Shown here piece by piece: positions 58,899 to 64,000 of a stretch of 64,000 nt of DNA. This DNA comes from Leucoraja erinacea. Taxonomy: Eukaryota. Where the stretch lies: contig NC_073404.1 of assembly GCF_028641065.1 (NCBI RefSeq), positions 11,904,001-11,968,000 on the forward strand. Reading direction: 5' to 3'. Each line of letters opens with the position of its first letter. Position 1 is the first letter of the stretch. A model generated the notes under the pieces. The model made no database searches and was not told the DNA's origin. It saw only the letters and a list, made by a program, of their open reading frames with translations. The position numbers and the translations under genes were made by a program.

Positions 58899-61800
58899 CT
58901 GTGGGACAAAGAAAAATGTTTTTGAGGCCAACTAAACTCCACACAACCATTCCAAGAATGTAATCATTGGCCACACTGTGGATCTTGGCTGTGGAAATCA
59001 ACTCCCACCCAAAATCACAACACATGCCAATGCACACTGAATTACCCCTCTCTTTGTTTGACTTACCAGAACCAAAGTTTTTCTATTTACTTCACGCAGT
59101 CTTGGACATATTAATGATTTGAACAAGTGAATTTCTATGTTCTATCAGAGGTTGAGGGAGACCTCACAGAAGCATATAAAATTATACGGGGCATAGATAG
59201 GGTAGACAATCAGAAAAAGACACAAACTTCGCACATCCATGCTCTCCAGAGATGCTGCCTGACCCGCTGAGTTACTCCAGCACTTTGAATTTTTATTTGT
59301 AAATTAGTATCTGCAGTTCCTTCTGTCTAGACTGTCAGAACCTTTGTCCGAGGGTGGAAATGTCAAAAGACTAAAGGGTATAGCTTTAAGCAGAGAGGTA
59401 CAAACGTTGAAAGGAGATGTGCAGGCCAAGTATTTTTAAACAGAGTGGTGAATGCCCAGATATGGTTGTGGCGTTTAAGAAGGTTTTAGATGTGTACGTC
59501 GATATGCAGGGAATGGAGGGATATGGATCACTTGCAGGCAAAGGAAATTAGTTTATCTTGGCCTCATGTTCTGCTGAAACGCTGTGGGCCGAACTGCCGT
59601 TCCTGGGCTGTACTAAAAGTGGAATCTCTAAGTCAGTGAGTGACACAGAGCTGGGAGAGTGAATGAGCTCTGGAGGATGACGGTTGACATGGAGAGTTGA
59701 CGGAGTGAGCAGATATATCGTGTGCAAAAATGCAAGGTTCCCCTTTTTTGATGGAAATAATGGGAATGCAGATTATCTGAATGGCCAAGAATTAGAAATA
59801 AGGGGAGACACATTGAGACATGGGGGTACTTGTTCACCAATTACTGAAGGCAAGCGTGCAGGTGCAGTAGGCAATTAAGTTGGCTTTCGTAGTGAGAGGA
59901 TCTGAATGTAGGAGCAGGGATGTCTTGCTGCAATAGTGCATGTTCTTCGGGGGACCACAGCAGCATAAAAACCAGAGATTGACTGCACCCAATCAACGGC
60001 GCATCATTCACGGCACTGCTGAGCTTGCGACTAAAGAGGAATCCCTGGCACGGGGACATGTGTGCAACCAAAAGGCGAGGACACCGCAGTTTTCATCACA
60101 CCCCACGGGAGATGGTAGGGAGCAGGTAAGGACTACACTCACGGTCCCAGCCAGGGTGTTGGAATAAGATCTAGTTGAGAAGAAGGATGTTCCTGATGAC
60201 AGCGGCCTCTGTGAGTTGGGCTCACAGTCCAAAGGATAAAAGGCATCATGTTGGACTGGTTGGGGAGAAATTTCTTCAGCACAGAAGCTAGATGAAGTCA
60301 GGGTTGGAGGGATCAAGCAATGTGTGCAGAAAGCTGGAAAAGGCTACCCAATTCTTGATGATCAGCAATAATTTTATTGAATTGTGGATCAGGCTGGAAG
60401 GGCCAAATGTCCTCATCCTCTTCTATTTATCCGTGAGAAGGATGGTTCTCATATTAGATCACCAGTTCTACGGGACGTTCAACCACCTAGAATGTTAATG
60501 CAGTTTCTCTCTCCACAGATGTTGCAGGATCTGAAGGTTTCCAGCTTCTCTGATGTAGTTGAGTGAACTGCCATGCAGAGCGCTGCCTTGATGTTGACAG
60601 GACAAAAGGCCTCCTCCTGTGTGCGATGATGAGATGAATTTGTGCTGGAACACAATGAGTGGTGTGGACACTGCAGAATGCAGACAATGCTTGCCTTTCA
60701 GCAGAGAATTCATCTAAAGCACTGTGTAATCTCAGTATTTGCTCCCTATGTTCTTCAGCATTCTTCTTAATGGAACTATGTAATTCCCTTTGAAAATAAT
60801 TTTATTCTTTGGATGCCAGCTTCAGATAATTCTCCAGCCACAGAACATAGAACACTACAGCTCAGGAATAGGTCTTTTGGCCCACAATGTCGGTGCTGGA
60901 CATGATGCCAAGTTAAACTAATCTCCTCGTCTCTGCCTGCATGGAGTTCATATCCCTCCATATCTATGTGCCTATCTAAAGGATTCTTGAATGCCATTTT
61001 CATGTCTGCCTCCATCCCCACTCCAACCACCCACTCACACACGTTGCCCATTTCTTTCAAACCTTTCCCACTTGTCTTTGACATATCCACTCTGGGGAAA
61101 AAAGTTCAGACCAACTACACGGTCTATGCCTCTCATAACTTTATATACTTCAATCAGGTCTCCCCATAGCTTCCGATACGCCAGATATCTTTCATATTGC
61201 AGGTTCTGTCAATGAAGACCATATTTTAAAGGAAACAAATCTCCACAAAAGTTTGGACCTAATTTACCCCACTCCATTTACCTTGCCCCCACATTCCAAC
61301 TTTTGCTCAATTAAAATAATTAGTATATTTTAAACTGTGCTTTCCACAGATGCCTGACAAGTTAGCTGAGCCTCTGTTGACCCTGTGGCAGATGGTGTTG
61401 GGTTGGGTTTAAGTCCCAATCCCACAAACACAAAGCTCCACACTGACCACTCTCATACAGCACTGGGAGATGAAGAGCCTTTCTTACGAGATGTTAAGCA
61501 GAGGTTCTGCCTAATCTTGCAGATAGACATCAAAAACACCTTCTGACAGCCTGGAGAGTCCAAGCCAGTACCCTGGAGTTAAAGTTTACTCCTCAATTTA
61601 CATCACTAGGCCAGATTATACGGCCATTGTGTGTGTGGCATGTTTCCTACATTACACCAATGACCATATTACTAAAAATGTGCTCCAGTGGCTGAAACTG
61701 TTTAGCAGCACTTTGTCGTGAAAGGCATGATGCAGGCGCACGCTTGCTACATGACAGAAAGTAGGAGCAAAAGTCAGTCAATGTGGGGAAACATAGAACT

Positions 61801-63424
61801 AGAGTAGCAAAAGTCAGTCTATGTTTCCCCACATTGACTAGAGTGAATGCGTGATCGATGGTCAGCATGGACTTGGCGGGGTGAAGGGCCTGTGTTAATA
61901 CTGTTCTATCAATCAATATGTGTAGACCTGGTGAATGTCAGTCCAAGTAACAGGATAACTCCTGTCCAGGGAAGCGTCTCTTCACAATACGAGTTACAAT
62001 GTACAGCTGTGGTGGAGAGGCTGCACAGTTCAGAAGGCTGTGGGAGGGATGGAAGTGTCAAGGGAAGCACCCAGCAGGGACTGAGAGCCAATCTCCAGAG
62101 CAAGAGAATCAACAACAACCCCCCCCACCCCCCCCACTCATTTAAATGGTCTTCCACAAATCAACAAATTCAACTCTGACACCAACAAAATATTTTCCTT
62201 TTGAAAAATGTGCCAGAATTTTAAGAATGCCACTATTGACAAATCAACCAGGGAGTGTCCTACATCATGACTTCCTACAGAATATTCTATGGTGTTCATT
62301 TTAGTGATGAAACAAGTCAAGAAGTCACTTTAGCTCGAATTAATGTTGCTTCACAAGGCACTTTCCACGCATGAGATGTTTTCTGACACCCACTGTACAT
62401 GACAGGAGGCAGCCAGCCAGGCAACGACTGCTGGATCCAGTTCCCTGCATTACTGCCCCAAGTGGAAAGTCAGGTCGTCAGCCAGCACCTTTCTTGTTTC
62501 CATCCCCAGAGCTTCGTTAATGCATTAGCCGCTGTGTCCGCAGTCAACAATGCTTAATCTTTTCAGAATTACAGTGATGTTTCTGCACCAGGATCAGTGA
62601 ACCATTGGACATCAGAAAATTGCATCGGTTCACTGACCCATGGATTTAACTCTACCTGCTCAGTGATAAGATTAAATCACACATTCATCTTTGACTACAT
62701 AAGCACATTAATAACCGTCACACAGTGCCGTAGCAAGGGAGGGCTGCATCATGTTCTGTCTTTTCATATCAATGTTGGAAATCTATGACATCAACATTCC
62801 TTCTGCATCCTCAGTCGAGTAACATTCCTAAATAAAGACTTTGAAATGCTCATTCCACTGAGCATAGTAACACTGGGAGAGATTGAAATGATTGTCAAGT
62901 TTGCAGTTTAAGATGCGAGAACCATTACGAATATCCACTTTTTAAGAGACTCAATTTGAATGGCAAACGATTTTTCAAAGCAACTAAATATCTCAGTGTG
63001 CTTGTTTTCTGGTATTAATAAACTGAGAACATTTGGCAAAGGCGTCAGGAATGAGGATGTGTACAGGAGATTTTAAGTTGCATCTTTGAGGAAGAATGTT
63101 TAAGCTGGATGTTGGCGTGTCTGAAAGCACGCTTGTAATTAGTGGAGCAAGTAAGAATAGGGGCAAGCAAAGGGCCTGAATTAAAGGAGTGCAGAAATCA
63201 CCAAGACTCACTGGCCTGCAGGAGGTGCAGAGACGCATCAGGGACATCGAGGGGCAAAGGCAGGGATGAGGAGTTTTAAAACCAAGGCACAGATGAAGCA
63301 GAAGACAAATGAAAAATAAATGGAAGTGAGAGGTATCAGACAATTACAGAGTTCATGGTATCAGATATTGAAAGTGTTTATCAGGCGGTAGGAAATGCAG
63401 GCATGGCATATATACAATTCTGAA

Positions 63425-63845
63425 AATAGACCCAAAAAGCTGGAGTAACTCAGCGGGACAGGCAGCATCTCTGGAGAGAAGGAATGGGTGACGTTTCAGG
63501 TAGAGACCTTTCTTCAGGCTGGTTGGGGATAAGGGAAACGAGAGATATAGATGGTGATGTGGAGAGATAATGAACGATGAATCAAAGATATGCAAACAAA
63601 TAACGATGATAAAGGAAACAGGCCATTGTAAGCTGTTTGTAGGGTGAAAATGAGATGCTAGTGTGACTTGGGTGGGGGAAGGATAGAGGGGGAATGCTGG
63701 GGCTACCTGAAGTGAGAGAAATCAATATTCATACCACTGGGCTGTAAGCTGCCCAAGCGAAATATGAGATGCTGTTCCTCCAATTTGCGTTTATCCTCAC
63801 TCTGACAATGGAGGAGACCAAGGACAGAAAGGTCTGTGTAGGAAT
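63425..63845 (-). mobile_element. Penelope-like element 3' end
   Basis: LHCQSE..RKLEEQHLIFRLGSLQPSGMN, then the 3' repeat with the hammerhead core. Confidence 0.85.
63490..63517 (-). ncRNA. minimal type I hammerhead ribozyme-like motif (best-preserved copy)
   Basis: CUGAAGA-A-AGGU(CUCU)ACCU-GAAA-C-GUC: core boxes, stem II hairpin and GUC triplet are present; stem I is weak. Confidence 0.6.
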
Positions 63846-64000
63846 GGACAATTCTGGTCTTGTAACAGGAACCAAAAACTTCTCACCACATTCTTATCAA
63901 AATTTCAAGCTAAAAATAACAGAACTGTGTGAATCGTCTAGTGTTTCAGAAACGCAACTTAAAATGTCATAGGTTACAGAGAGAGGGGAGCTGGCATTTC

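Noticed and set aside
62215-62320. Possible upstream FLOT2 exon (SHDVGH...AFLK vaguely like APDVGR...FTIK)
   Set aside because: Very low similarity for a highly conserved protein, and no GT donor at the expected position.

Overview
Vertebrate genomic DNA with introns, dense in CR1 LINEs, tRNA-headed SINEs and Penelope-like elements. The repeat landscape suggests a cartilaginous fish, probably a skate or ray (inference). Three intron-containing genes were reconstructed by hand, all on the minus strand, with GT-AG junctions and consistent phases: a complete 6-exon PPM1D/Wip1 (CDS 17345->3765, 522 aa), a complete 5-exon pinopsin (38087->22362, 349 aa, with the pinopsin-type displaced intron 2), and the last six coding exons of flotillin-2 (58898->47757; its 5' exons lie beyond the window). 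Most other listed ORFs are repeat-derived or spurious. Main unusual signals: (1) a ~1.06-kb Helitron-like element between PPM1D and pinopsin carrying a decayed SAC3D1-like exon with its splice donor; (2) a high-copy Penelope-derived short repeat with a minimal hammerhead-ribozyme core, often in fold-back pairs; (3) a pinopsin with D83N, P180T and a terminal VxPx; (4) a PPM1D promoter built from a ~45-bp repeat that forms an ATF/C-EBP site array next to a perfect p53 half-site; (5) a 173-bp TGT...ACA hairpin mini-element with a 5-bp TSD. Homology calls come from remembered protein sequences, not database searches. Repeat boundaries are approximate.
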